Under the pieces are notes generated by a model. That model saw nothing but the letters and a program-made list of their open reading frames with translations, was not told where the DNA came from and ran no database searches. A stretch of DNA of 64,000 nt. Source: an uncultured delta proteobacterium (GTDB taxonomy: Bacteria > Desulfobacterota > Syntrophobacteria > Syntrophobacterales > Syntrophobacteraceae). A program made the translations under genes and the position numbers. The stretch spans positions 4,588 to 68,587 of the forward strand of contig CAVQJR010000011.1 in assembly GCA_963712895.1 (NCBI GenBank), given 5' to 3'. This document shows, piece by piece, positions 22,665 to 31,915 of this stretch; the first letter of the stretch is position 1, and each line of letters opens with the position of its first letter.

Positions 22665-23534
22665 TTATTGCTCGGCGGCCCTGCGCACTTCATCCGCCAT
22701 TTTAACCGCATCCCGGTGAAAAGCCACGTCATGAACTCGAACGATGTGCGCGCCGGCCGCGATTCCGAATGCGTCGGCAATGGCGGTCCCCAGCTCCCTT
22801 TCCCCTTCGGGACGGCCGAGCACCGACCCGATGAACCTTTTTCGCGAAACTCCAAGGACTATCGGCCGGTCGATGGCTGAAAAGGCGTCGAGATTTCCTA
22901 TCAGTTCCAGATTATGGTCCACAGTTTTACCGAAACCGATGCCCGGATCAATCAATATCTGCGCGCGCGCGACCCCGCTGTTCACCGCAAACCGGACCCG
23001 CTCTTCCAAAAACCGGCCGATCTCCGGTATCAGGTCCGAGTAGTCGGGCTTTACCTGCATGGTGCGCGGGGTGCCAAGCATGTGCATCAGGATGACCGGG
23101 GCACCCGATCTCGCCGCGGCGGCCGCCATTTCCGGATCGAACCGAAAAGAGCTGATGTCGTTTATTATATCGGCCCCGGCGGCAAGTGCCTGAAGTGCGA
23201 CCCCGGATTTGTTCGTATCTATCGAAATCGGGATATCCGACTTTTCCCTGATCGCCCGAATGACCGGCAGCACCCGCTCCAGCTCGTTTTCAAGGGGAAC
23301 CGGGTCCGATCCCGGCCGCGTCGATTCCCCTCCTATGTCCAGGATGTCGGCCCCTTCTTCGATCAGTTCGAAGGCGCGCGCAACCGCCCGGCCGTACTCG
23401 GAAAACCTGCCGCCGTCGGAGAAGGAATCGGGCGTTATATTCAAGATGCCCATTATGAGGGTCCTGCGGCCAAGTTCGACCGTGCGGCCCCCGGGGAGTT
23501 CAAGATTGTAGATTTTTCTGCCGCAAATTGCCAT
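22665..23534 (-). CDS. folP: Dihydropteroate synthase
   Basis: IMGILNITPDSFSDGG and DIGGESTRPG motifs. I take the start at ATG 23532-23534, but it could be the upstream start at 23603. Confidence 0.9.
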   Translation of the reverse strand: MAICGRKIYNLELPGGRTVELGRRTLIMGILNITPDSFSDGGRFSEYGRAVARAFELIEEGADILDIGGESTRPGSDPVPLENELERVLPVIRAIREKSDIPISIDTNKSGVALQALAAGADIINDISSFRFDPEMAAAAARSGAPVILMHMLGTPRTMQVKPDYSDLIPEIGRFLEERVRFAVNSGVARAQILIDPGIGFGKTVDHNLELIGNLDAFSAIDRPIVLGVSRKRFIGSVLGRPEGERELGTAIADAFGIAAGAHIVRVHDVAFHRDAVKMADEVRRAAEQ

Positions 23535-23640
23535 TGAGAAGCCTCTGGTACTGGAATGCGCGGAATTTAACATCATTTCCGTATAAATTACAGAATTTAC
23601 CACACAGACTCAGGGGCAGCAGGGAAAAGGGGGAAAAAGA

Positions 23641-23838
23641 ACCGCAAAGACGCAGAGGGCGCGGAGAAAAGCCAAGAGAAAAAACACGTGTACTTTTCCG
23701 TAAATGACGGGCTTCTCAATTCGTCATTCCCGCAATGCTTTTGGGCGGGAATCCGGTGTCTTTGCGGTCCTCTGACTCAAAAGCCAATTATTTTTTCTTT
23801 CTCCCGGCTTTTCTCCGCGCCCTTTGCGTCTCTGCGGT
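23641..23838. repeat. K-type inverted-repeat element with a nested P-family core
   Basis: ACCGCAAAGACGCAGAGGGCGCGGAGAAAAGCC (23641-23673) faces GGCTTTTCTCCGCGCCCTTTGCGTCTCTGCGGT (23806-23838). Between them, 23698-23767 carries CGTCATTCCCGCAATGCTTTTGGGCGGGAATCCGGTGTCTTTGCGG. Confidence 0.8.
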
Positions 23839-23864
23839 GAATTCTTTTTCTCCGCGGTTCTTTT

Positions 23865-24767
23865 TTAAGGCCAGTCGGGAGGGACGGGCGCTTCCAGGAC
23901 CAGGACGGTCCCGAGGGCGGGGTGCTTAAGCGAAAGCCTCATTGCATGAAGGTAGAGCCGGGGGGCCGGTTTGGCGCCGTAGGCCCGATCTCCTGCCACC
24001 GGATGGCCTCCTTCCGCCAGGTGTATCCTTATCTGGTGGGTACGCCCGGTAGCGGGGCGCGCCAGCACTACTGCAAAATCACGCTCCCGGCGGAGCACCT
24101 CGAACGAAGTCCGCGCCGTCTTTCCCTGCCCCGTGGGCACCGCGCAGTATTTGCCGCCGACTTTTCCGATTTCACGCTCCGAGCTCCAGGAATCGGCCGC
24201 CGGGCTGCCCTCGACCAGTGCAAGATATTCCTTCCGAACGAGCCCTGCCTGGAAGCTCCTGCCCAGGGCGGCATTAACGCCCCTGTCGAGCCCGAAGAGA
24301 ATCACCCCGCTGGTTTCCCGGTCCAGCCGGTGGTGCAGGGCGGCGTAAGGTTTTGCACCCCCCGGCGACAGAAACCGCAGAAGCGCTGCGAAGACATTGT
24401 TGTACGCATCGGAGGGGGTTTGCTGGCTGGGAATTCCCGCTTCTTTGTCGTAGGCAAGAAGGTGCCGGTCGCGAAAGAGAATTCTGCCGGGATCGATTTC
24501 ATAGAATTTTCGAGGGCCGTAAGCGGGGATGGCGACCGAAATCTGTTCGTCGCCGGAGAGTATCCTGGACGGGTTTCGTTCGACTCGTCCCTGGACGTAA
24601 ACCGAACCGAAATCGACCAGGGCGGCGGCTTCGGCGAGGTTGATCCTGAGGTAGGCGGAGACGGCGCGATCCAGCCTGCCGCCGCGCTCCCCGGGGGTCG
24701 TTTTCCATTTGAAGGACGAACCCAACCCGGAGCGGGGAGGCCTTACCCGGCCGCCGTCACTGCTCAT
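23865..24767 (-). CDS. RluA-family pseudouridine synthase
   Basis: S4-like N-terminus (RLDRAVSAYL) and catalytic HRLDRETSGVILF. Confidence 0.85.
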   Translation of the reverse strand: MSSDGGRVRPPRSGLGSSFKWKTTPGERGGRLDRAVSAYLRINLAEAAALVDFGSVYVQGRVERNPSRILSGDEQISVAIPAYGPRKFYEIDPGRILFRDRHLLAYDKEAGIPSQQTPSDAYNNVFAALLRFLSPGGAKPYAALHHRLDRETSGVILFGLDRGVNAALGRSFQAGLVRKEYLALVEGSPAADSWSSEREIGKVGGKYCAVPTGQGKTARTSFEVLRRERDFAVVLARPATGRTHQIRIHLAEGGHPVAGDRAYGAKPAPRLYLHAMRLSLKHPALGTVLVLEAPVPPDWP

Positions 24768-25125
24768 CGAACCCGGCGGCGCAATCGGCGCCGGGCGTGC
24801 CTTCCTGTCCGAGCGCCCCTTCCTCCATGGCCTCGTCCATCATGGCATCGACGTCGATGTCTTCGTCCATTCCCTCCCCCATCGATTTCATCCACCGGGC
24901 AACGCTTGCAGGGTCGTTTTCGTCAAGCCCGGCCATTCGTGAAGGATCGGCAAGCCGCTCCATCCGGGTCTCTTCGGACAGGCGCACCCGCACCCGCGAA
25001 GGTATCCGCCGCATGGAAGCGCTCCCGCAGTGCGGGCAGACGGCGGAAAACTCCTCCGACACCCTGAACGTGATCACTTCGGACTTCCTGTTGCATTTGC
25101 CGCACAGGTACTCGTAGATGGGCAT
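24757..25125 (-). CDS. FmdB-family zinc-ribbon protein
   Basis: MPIYEYLCGKC...CPHCGS (CxxC-x-CxxC) with an acidic C-terminal tail. Start taken at ATG 25123-25125. Confidence 0.75.
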   Translation of the reverse strand: MPIYEYLCGKCNRKSEVITFRVSEEFSAVCPHCGSASMRRIPSRVRVRLSEETRMERLADPSRMAGLDENDPASVARWMKSMGEGMDEDIDVDAMMDEAMEEGALGQEGTPGADCAAGFDEQ

Positions 25126-25180
25126 AAAAATCATTCCCGCGCCGCAGAAGGTTCGAAATGTATCGGCCACATGAACGGAT

Positions 25181-25834
25181 TCAGAGAATCACATACTTTT
25201 TGATAGTGTACACCACCTCGTCGGGGTCGTCCAGGACCGTCAGGTAATCGATGTCCTCCTGTGCAACGTAGTGGTTGGACACCAGGGTCTCCCGAATCCA
25301 GTCGATCAGGCCCGACCAGTATTGCTTGCCCACCAGGACCACCGGAAAAGGCCTTATGCGCCTGGTCTGGATCAGGGTGAGGGCCTCGAAGATTTCATCG
25401 AGGGTCCCGAACCCGCCGGGCATCCCGATATAGGCCTGTGCATACTTTACGAACATTACCTTGCGAACGAAAAAGTACTGAAAATGCAAATTGACATTGG
25501 AATAGGGATTAGGGCTCTGTTCGAGCGGCAGTTCGATGTTCAGGCCCACCGACTTGGCCCCGCCTTCCCGTGCCCCCTTGTTTCCGGCTTCCATTACCCC
25601 AGGCCCTCCGCCCGTGATGACGTGGTAGCCGCTCTGAGCGAGCTTTCGGGCGATGCAAACCGTCTTCTCGTAGATCTCCTCGCCCGGTTTCACGCGGGCC
25701 GAGCCGAAGATGGACACCGCCGGGTAAAGGTCGCCCAGGGTTTCGAACCCTTCGACGAATTCAGCCAGTATTTTGAACAGGCGCCAGGAATCGCTGATAG
25801 TCATTGCATCGATTACATACTGTTTTTCGGCCAT
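25181..25834 (-). CDS. LOG-family (TIGR00730) nucleotide phosphoribohydrolase
   Basis: VSIFGSAR, ITGGGPGVMEAGNKGA and MPGGFGTLDEIFE motifs. Confidence 0.85.
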   Translation of the reverse strand: MAEKQYVIDAMTISDSWRLFKILAEFVEGFETLGDLYPAVSIFGSARVKPGEEIYEKTVCIARKLAQSGYHVITGGGPGVMEAGNKGAREGGAKSVGLNIELPLEQSPNPYSNVNLHFQYFFVRKVMFVKYAQAYIGMPGGFGTLDEIFEALTLIQTRRIRPFPVVLVGKQYWSGLIDWIRETLVSNHYVAQEDIDYLTVLDDPDEVVYTIKKYVIL

Positions 25835-26143
25835 TGATCATTCCTTCCGCCGGACTGCGAGCCTGGAAGCCGGACCCGGCATAATTTTTTACTGCAATGA
25901 ATAGTTCGTGCGGGAGAGGGGATTATATTAGTGAGTCATATATTGAACAAGGCCGGAGTTGCGCTTTTGTATTACGACGCTTATCAACGTTTTCAGACCG
26001 CCCAGGCTCAGGGTGGGCGCAGAATTGATGTTTGCATGTGCAGCACCGATGAGCTATCTTTGTGCCGCGTTGCTTTTTTGCAATTTCCCTGTACGCAGGC
26101 CTTTCCGACAGGATAAGGCGGCTTGAAATAAAGGAGGGAACGA

Positions 26144-26416
26144 ATGGAAATGAGGGAATTCGTGAGGGCGGCCTTGAAAAAAGTGGGCCAGAAAATCCAC
26201 GATGGCATTCTCGATAAAAACGAGGACGGCTACGGGGACGCCGAGGAGATGCTTCTGGACTGGGTCTGGATCGAACTCAAGGAGGAGTCCCCCGATAAGG
26301 ACGCCGTTGTCAATATGGACCTTGACGACCTCTACGAGGTGATCGAAAGTTCCGCCGACCTGTACGAAGACTACCAGATATTGCTGGAATCCCTGAGGGC
26401 GGAAACAGACCGCTAG
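26144..26416 (+). CDS. Small acidic hypothetical protein
   Basis: AAAGGAGGGA lies 4 nt before the ATG, and a clean terminator follows. No family recognised. Confidence 0.55.
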   Translation: MEMREFVRAALKKVGQKIHDGILDKNEDGYGDAEEMLLDWVWIELKEESPDKDAVVNMDLDDLYEVIESSADLYEDYQILLESLRAETDR

Positions 26417-26456
26417 CTATCCGCGCGCAGTCCTTTTTATAAATTTTTGCAATTCA

Positions 26457-26486
26457 AAGCGCTCCCCCCTGTGAGCGCTTTTTTTA
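26457..26486 (+). terminator. Rho-independent terminator
   Basis: AAGCGCTC (26457-26464), loop, GAGCGCTT (26473-26480), then a T-run. Confidence 0.75.
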
Positions 26487-26487
26487 T

Positions 26488-26940
<453 letters not shown>

Positions 26941-27131
26941 GAACCGGTTTCCGGGCCGTATTTTCGAAGGGTTCGGCGTATTTAATGCCGGGAGGGCGGC
27001 AGGCGGGGTGGAATTGGTTGTATAAATCATCAGGGATCGAGGGATTTGAAAATCGAAGAGCGGACCCCGATTCCTAAAATTCCTCAGTGCTTCAATTCCC
27101 GAATTCTCGTTTGCGTGGAGGCCCTGCCGTG

Positions 27132-29087
27132 ATGGAAACGGACCGGCTGAAGATCCTGCTGATCGAAGACAACGAGGGCGACTATGTTTTGGTGCGGGAC
27201 ACGATATCGGAATTCCCGCACTCCCGGCATCTCATCGAAAGAGTCACGACCCATGGCGATGCCCTGGACAGGATCGGACGGGGGGAGCACGATATCTACC
27301 TGCTGGGCTGCCGTCCGGGCGACAGCTCCGGCCTCGATCTTTTGAGGGAGGCGGGCGCGGAGTCCTGCCCGGCCCCTTTTATCCTTCTCGCCGAGCGATA
27401 CGACTCTGCATTCAAAGGCCGGGCAATGGAGGCCGGGGCGTCCGGGTGCCTGTTCAAGGGCGATATCGGTGTTCCTTTCCTGGAGCATGCCATACGCTGT
27501 GCCGTCGAGCTCAAAAAAATTCGGGAGGAGCTTCGCGCCGGCGATGAACGGTTCCGCCAACTGGCTGAAAACATCAACATGGTATTCTGGATCACTTCCG
27601 TTGAAGGCGACCGGATCATATACATCAACCGGACCTTCGAAACGATCTGGGGCATCCCGCTGGAAACCCTGTACCGGCACCCCGGATGCTGGCTGGATGC
27701 CCTTCACCCCGAGGACCGCGACCTGGCGCCGAATGCCGCGGGCGGCCGGCATCACGTGGAGTTCAAGGCTTTCGAGTATCGGATAGAGCGGCCCGACAGG
27801 TCCATACGGTGGATACGGGACCGTTTTTTCCCCGTTCGAAATCCCGCGGGTGAAGTGCACCGGATAGCCAGGATTTCGGAGGACGTAACCGAGGAAAAGA
27901 GGCTGCGCAAGGAAGCCGAGTATCATCTGCAGCAGATCGTTCACGCGGACAAAATGGCCTCGCTGGGAGAGGTGGTGGCGGGTGTGGCCCATGAAATCAA
28001 TAATCCCAACAGTTTCATAACTTATAACGTGCCTCTTCTGGAAGAAACGTGGAACGCCTTCGAACCCATTATTTCCGAGTACGCCGCGGCGCATCCGCGG
28101 TGGAAGAAGGGTGCGATGTCCCTGGGCGAGTTCCGAGACGAAATGGGGGAGATCATCGAGGCAATCAAGATCGGCTCCGACCGCATAGCGCGGGTAGTGA
28201 GCAACCTGAAGGGCTTTGCGCGGACGGAAGAGGGCATTCCGGCCAGGCCCGTGCAGGTAAACGAGGTGGTCGAGAATACCCTTACCATCGTTGGTGCTCA
28301 GTTGCGCAAGCAGGCCTCGCAGGTGGATGTGAACCTTTCGAAAAACCTTCCGGCCGTCGAAGGGCATCCGCAGAAGCTGGAGCAGGTGGTGGCCAATCTG
28401 CTGCTAAACGCCGCCCACGCTCTTCCCGCCAGGGACGGCGGCAAAATTTCGATCAGCACCCGCTACGTCAAAAGGCTGCGCTGCATCCTGATAGAGATCG
28501 AAGATAACGGCGAAGGGATAAAGCCTGAAGTGATGGGGCGGATTTTCGAGCCTTTTTTTACCACCAGGCGGGCATCCGGCGGCACGGGGCTGGGGCTTTC
28601 CGTTTCCTACGGCCTCATCAAGGAGCATGGGGGCATTATCGGCGCACTTTCGAGGCCGTGGCTCGGAAGCCGGTTCACCGCCTATCTTCCCGTCGAAAGG
28701 GGGGCCGAGGTCCGGCTGAGTCCCATAATCCTGTGCGTGGACGACAACCAGGCGTTTCTCAACATGCTCAGGACGATATTCATCAAGGTGAACACGGGCA
28801 TCGAGGTCCTGGAGAACGCTGAAGGCGTCCTGGCGTACCTGGAGGAGCATCCCGAGGTCGATGTCGTGCTCTCCGACCTGGTGATGCCGCGAATGGACGG
28901 ATGGGAACTCCTGGCAAAAGTGAAGGCCAGGTTCCCCCTGGTTCCCTTCATTCTTTATACAGGTAGCCCGGATGCGCTCCGGGGCAAGCCCGAAGGATCT
29001 CCCGCCCCCGATTACTTTCTGCGCAAACCCTTTACCGTGCAGCATTTAATCAGGATTGTGGACTCGATGGGAAGGCAGCGTCTATGA
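27132..29087 (+). CDS. Hybrid sensor histidine kinase (REC-PAS-HisKA-HATPase-REC)
   Basis: N-terminal REC (ILLIEDNEGD...), PAS (ERFRQLAENINMVFW...), H-box GVAHEINNPN, G-box GTGLGLSVSYG, and C-terminal REC (ILCVDDN...SDLVMPRMDG). Confidence 0.9.
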   Translation: METDRLKILLIEDNEGDYVLVRDTISEFPHSRHLIERVTTHGDALDRIGRGEHDIYLLGCRPGDSSGLDLLREAGAESCPAPFILLAERYDSAFKGRAMEAGASGCLFKGDIGVPFLEHAIRCAVELKKIREELRAGDERFRQLAENINMVFWITSVEGDRIIYINRTFETIWGIPLETLYRHPGCWLDALHPEDRDLAPNAAGGRHHVEFKAFEYRIERPDRSIRWIRDRFFPVRNPAGEVHRIARISEDVTEEKRLRKEAEYHLQQIVHADKMASLGEVVAGVAHEINNPNSFITYNVPLLEETWNAFEPIISEYAAAHPRWKKGAMSLGEFRDEMGEIIEAIKIGSDRIARVVSNLKGFARTEEGIPARPVQVNEVVENTLTIVGAQLRKQASQVDVNLSKNLPAVEGHPQKLEQVVANLLLNAAHALPARDGGKISISTRYVKRLRCILIEIEDNGEGIKPEVMGRIFEPFFTTRRASGGTGLGLSVSYGLIKEHGGIIGALSRPWLGSRFTAYLPVERGAEVRLSPIILCVDDNQAFLNMLRTIFIKVNTGIEVLENAEGVLAYLEEHPEVDVVLSDLVMPRMDGWELLAKVKARFPLVPFILYTGSPDALRGKPEGSPAPDYFLRKPFTVQHLIRIVDSMGRQRL

Positions 29088-30433
29088 AGATCCTGGCGGT
29101 TGACGATGAACAGGTGGCGTTGACCTCGATAAGGCGTCTTTTAAAAAGGCGAGGCTTGCAAGGCGTCGAGATCTGCGACAGCGGAAAAGAGGCGATCCGG
29201 CGAATCAGGCAACGGGACTACGACATCGTGTTGCTCGACCTTCTCATGCCTTCAGTGGATGGGCTCCAGGTGCTCGAAGCCGCCAAGTCCTTCAGACCTT
29301 CCACGGAAGTCATCGTCGTTACGGCCGTGGACGACGTGGCGACGGCGGTCAGGGCGGTGCGGCTGGGCGCCTACGATTACCTGGTCAAGCCGGTCGACAA
29401 CGAGCGGCTGTACCTGTCGATAGAAAGGGCGCACGAGCGCCGGGCGCTCATGGCCGGGCTGGCGGGAAGGGCGGGCGGAGAAGGTGCAAAGCGGGTCCCC
29501 GCGGCCTTTTCCGGGATCATCACCCGCAATCCGCGCATGATAGAGGTGTTGCGGTATGCCGAAGTCATGGCCGGAAGCGGCAATCCGGTGCTCATAACAG
29601 GTGAGACCGGCACCGGAAAGGAACTGGCGGCACGCGGAGTTCACCGCGCCGGCCCCAATCCGGACGGCCCTTTCCTGGCGGTAAATATCGCCTCCATTCC
29701 GGAGAGCCTTTTCGAAAGCCAGCTCTTCGGACACGTCAAGGGGGCGTTTACCGGGGCGCAAAGAGACTACGCAGGCTACTTCGAGCAGGCAAGCGGGGGA
29801 ACGCTGTTCCTCGATGAAGTGGGCGAACTGCCTTTGAACCTCCAGGTGAAAATGCTTCGCGTCCTGGAGGAAAAGTGCGTGGTCCGGCTCGGCGATACAA
29901 AACCGCTCAACGTGGACGTTCGAATCGTTTCCGCCACCAACAGGGACCTGGACCGGTGCTGCCGGGAAGGAAAATTCCGGCTGGACCTGCTCTACCGGCT
30001 CAAATGCGCCCACGTTCACCTCCCTCCCCTAAGGGAGAGGACGGGGGACATACCGCTTCTGGCGTCCCATTTTCAGGCCCAAGCATGCAAAAGGTACAAC
30101 AAAAAGGAGAAGGGCTTCAGTCCGGAATCCATGCGGGCTTTGATCGGCAGGCCTTTTCCGGGAAACATCCGCGAGCTGGCCCAGCTGGTGGACCGCTCGG
30201 TCCTTCTTTCCGACTCTTCCCTGATTCCGCCCGAACAACCGGGAGAAAGCGGCCCGGTTTCGCACCCCCTCGCGCGAAGTCTTTGCACCCTCAAGGAAAA
30301 TGATGAAATGCACGTGGCGTTCGTGCTGGAGCATACCGGCGGCGACCGAAAACAGGCCGCCGCAATACTGGGAATTACCGTAAGGCAACTGCAGCGAAAA
30401 CTCGCCCGGTTGAAAAAAACTCCCGCCGCGTAA
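29084..30433 (+). CDS. Sigma-54-dependent response regulator (NtrC family enhancer-binding protein)
   Basis: REC domain, AAA+ Walker A GETGTGKE, the GAFTGA loop, and a C-terminal Fis-type HTH. The ATGA overlap with the upstream kinase stop indicates coupling. Confidence 0.9.
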   Translation: MKILAVDDEQVALTSIRRLLKRRGLQGVEICDSGKEAIRRIRQRDYDIVLLDLLMPSVDGLQVLEAAKSFRPSTEVIVVTAVDDVATAVRAVRLGAYDYLVKPVDNERLYLSIERAHERRALMAGLAGRAGGEGAKRVPAAFSGIITRNPRMIEVLRYAEVMAGSGNPVLITGETGTGKELAARGVHRAGPNPDGPFLAVNIASIPESLFESQLFGHVKGAFTGAQRDYAGYFEQASGGTLFLDEVGELPLNLQVKMLRVLEEKCVVRLGDTKPLNVDVRIVSATNRDLDRCCREGKFRLDLLYRLKCAHVHLPPLRERTGDIPLLASHFQAQACKRYNKKEKGFSPESMRALIGRPFPGNIRELAQLVDRSVLLSDSSLIPPEQPGESGPVSHPLARSLCTLKENDEMHVAFVLEHTGGDRKQAAAILGITVRQLQRKLARLKKTPAA

Positions 30434-30631
30434 GCCTGGCGACATTAAAGTCACCAGGCCCGACCGGGAGGTCGCCCCCGCAAACCCCGGCCGGTCCCCG
30501 CTATCCCGATCCAGCGCCTTCCCGGCACGGCACGCGGCATGACATTTCCGTCGCACCGCTTCGCCAACGCTAAAACCCCCCACAGATAAAAAAGGTAATG
30601 CCGCCGCGCAATTGCATCCGGTTTTATCGCC

Positions 30632-30647
30632 GGGCACGCAATATGCT
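30632..30647 (+). promoter_or_regulatory. Candidate sigma-54 (-24/-12) promoter
   Basis: gGGCACG-CAAT-aTGCT versus the consensus TGGCACG-N4-TTGCW. GG (30633-30634) and GC (30645-30646) are at canonical spacing. It lies ~70 nt upstream of the CDS at 30716 and just downstream of the NtrC-type gene. Confidence 0.5.
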
Positions 30648-30715
30648 CAGGGTCTTCAGCGGAAGAACGATCAACATGAGGAAAGGCTCCCGTGTGAGCG
30701 GATGAGGAGAGACCA

Positions 30716-31336
30716 ATGAAGACCCTGATAGCGGAAGACGAAATCGTTTCGTGCCGCGTTCTCGAAGATATGCTCGGTGATTGGGGCTACGAAGTCGTCG
30801 TGGCGCACGACGGCGGTTCGGCGTGGGGGATATTGCAGGAGGAAGACCCTCCGAAGCTGGCGATCCTGGACTGGCTGATGCCCGGAATGGACGGCGTGGA
30901 GATCTGCCGGAGGCTGCGCGGCATTGACAGCCGTGAGCCGGCCTACATCATCCTTCTTACCGGGAAGAACCGCAAGGAGGATATCGTCACGGCCCTTGAA
31001 GCCGGGGCCAATGACTTTATCACCAAGCCTTTCGACGCGGAAGAGTTGCGCGTGCGCGTTCAGGCGGGCAGGCGCATCGTCGAGCTGCAGTCGGACCTGG
31101 CGGCGCGGGTCAAGGAATTACAGGAGGCCCTCGACCATATCAAGACACTCCAGGGGATTCTGCCCATCTGTTCGTATTGCGGGAAAATACGCGACGACCG
31201 GAGCTACTGGAGCAAGCTGGAAAGCTACCTGGCCGAACACGCCAATGTGCGGTTCAGCCATGGAATCTGTCCGGAATGCTACGAAAAGCATGTCGTGCCG
31301 ATGCTCGATGAGATCTCGAACAACACCGGGAAATGA
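30716..31336 (+). CDS. Response regulator: REC domain plus C-terminal Cys4/His module
   Basis: REC (LIAEDE...LDWLMPGMDG...TKPF), a coiled linker, then LPICSYCGKIRDDRSYWSKLESYLAEHANVRFSHGICPECY. Confidence 0.85.
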   Translation: MKTLIAEDEIVSCRVLEDMLGDWGYEVVVAHDGGSAWGILQEEDPPKLAILDWLMPGMDGVEICRRLRGIDSREPAYIILLTGKNRKEDIVTALEAGANDFITKPFDAEELRVRVQAGRRIVELQSDLAARVKELQEALDHIKTLQGILPICSYCGKIRDDRSYWSKLESYLAEHANVRFSHGICPECYEKHVVPMLDEISNNTGK

Positions 31337-31412
31337 CGGGTAGGAAAAACACCCGGCCGATATATGCTTTCCGGCACTCTCAAGGCGGTGCCGGGCGTGG
31401 CGTTTACATTTT

Positions 31413-31573
31413 ATACACAACGTCATAAATAATTGCGCAAAGGTCCTGATTTTCGCAGGGTGGACACGGTCTCTTTGTGCCCACCGTTTTTCACCCCGAA
31501 TGGTGGGCACGGTGAAACTTTGCCCGCCCTACACTTCCCCTCTATTTTGCAACTACTTTTGACGCTGTATATA
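31413..31573 (+). repeat. M-family MITE-like element, full length
   Basis: ~160 bp, near-identical in reverse complement to 40109-40267. The termini form a ~27-bp imperfect TIR (ACAACGTCATAAATAATTGC / GCAACTACTTTTGACGCTGT). The core has two GGGCAC/GTGCCC hairpins. Confidence 0.85.
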
Positions 31574-31667
31574 AATTCCCATTTGCCTGCAGTAAGCCTC
31601 TCCACCCGGTGTAGACTGCTTCCTGTAAAGAGCTTTTAAAAGCATGGGGAACGGGCCGTTGCCCGAA

Positions 31668-31873
31668 TGAGGTTGCTTCAAAATACGTGAACTTCACGTA
31701 AATGGGGGACACTCCAAATCGTCATTCCCGCAACGTCTTTGGGCGGGAATCCGGCGTCTTTGCGGTTAAACGATTGCTTATCCCGCTCCCGGCAGGATTG
31801 CGGAAACGGGAAAAAGACGCTGGACCCCGGCTCAGAAAGCTCTGCCGGGGCGACGTTAAGGGGCGAGTCCGCC
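31668..31873 (+). repeat. P-family ~205-bp dispersed repeat
   Basis: TGAGGTTGCTTCAAAATACGTGAACTTCACGTAAATGGGGG...CGTCATTCCCGCAACGTCTTTGGGCGGGAATCCGGCGTCTTTGCGG...GGAAACGGGAAAAAGAC...CTGCCGGGG...GTCCGCC aligns with 48177-48497 and partly with 23698-23767. Confidence 0.85.
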
Positions 31874-31915
31874 AGGCAAGGCAACATTTCCGATTAACCG
31901 AAAACGGGTGACCTG

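Noticed and set aside
21262-22719. 485-aa plus-strand ORF opposite glmM
   Set aside because: It is an antisense shadow of glmM.
27084-28367. 427-aa minus-strand ORF opposite the hybrid kinase. The same applies to 32495..33499, 32995..33879 and 33905..34597 opposite the second kinase.
   Set aside because: The kinase frames carry complete H, N and G boxes and REC motifs. The opposite-strand ORFs have no motifs and skewed composition.
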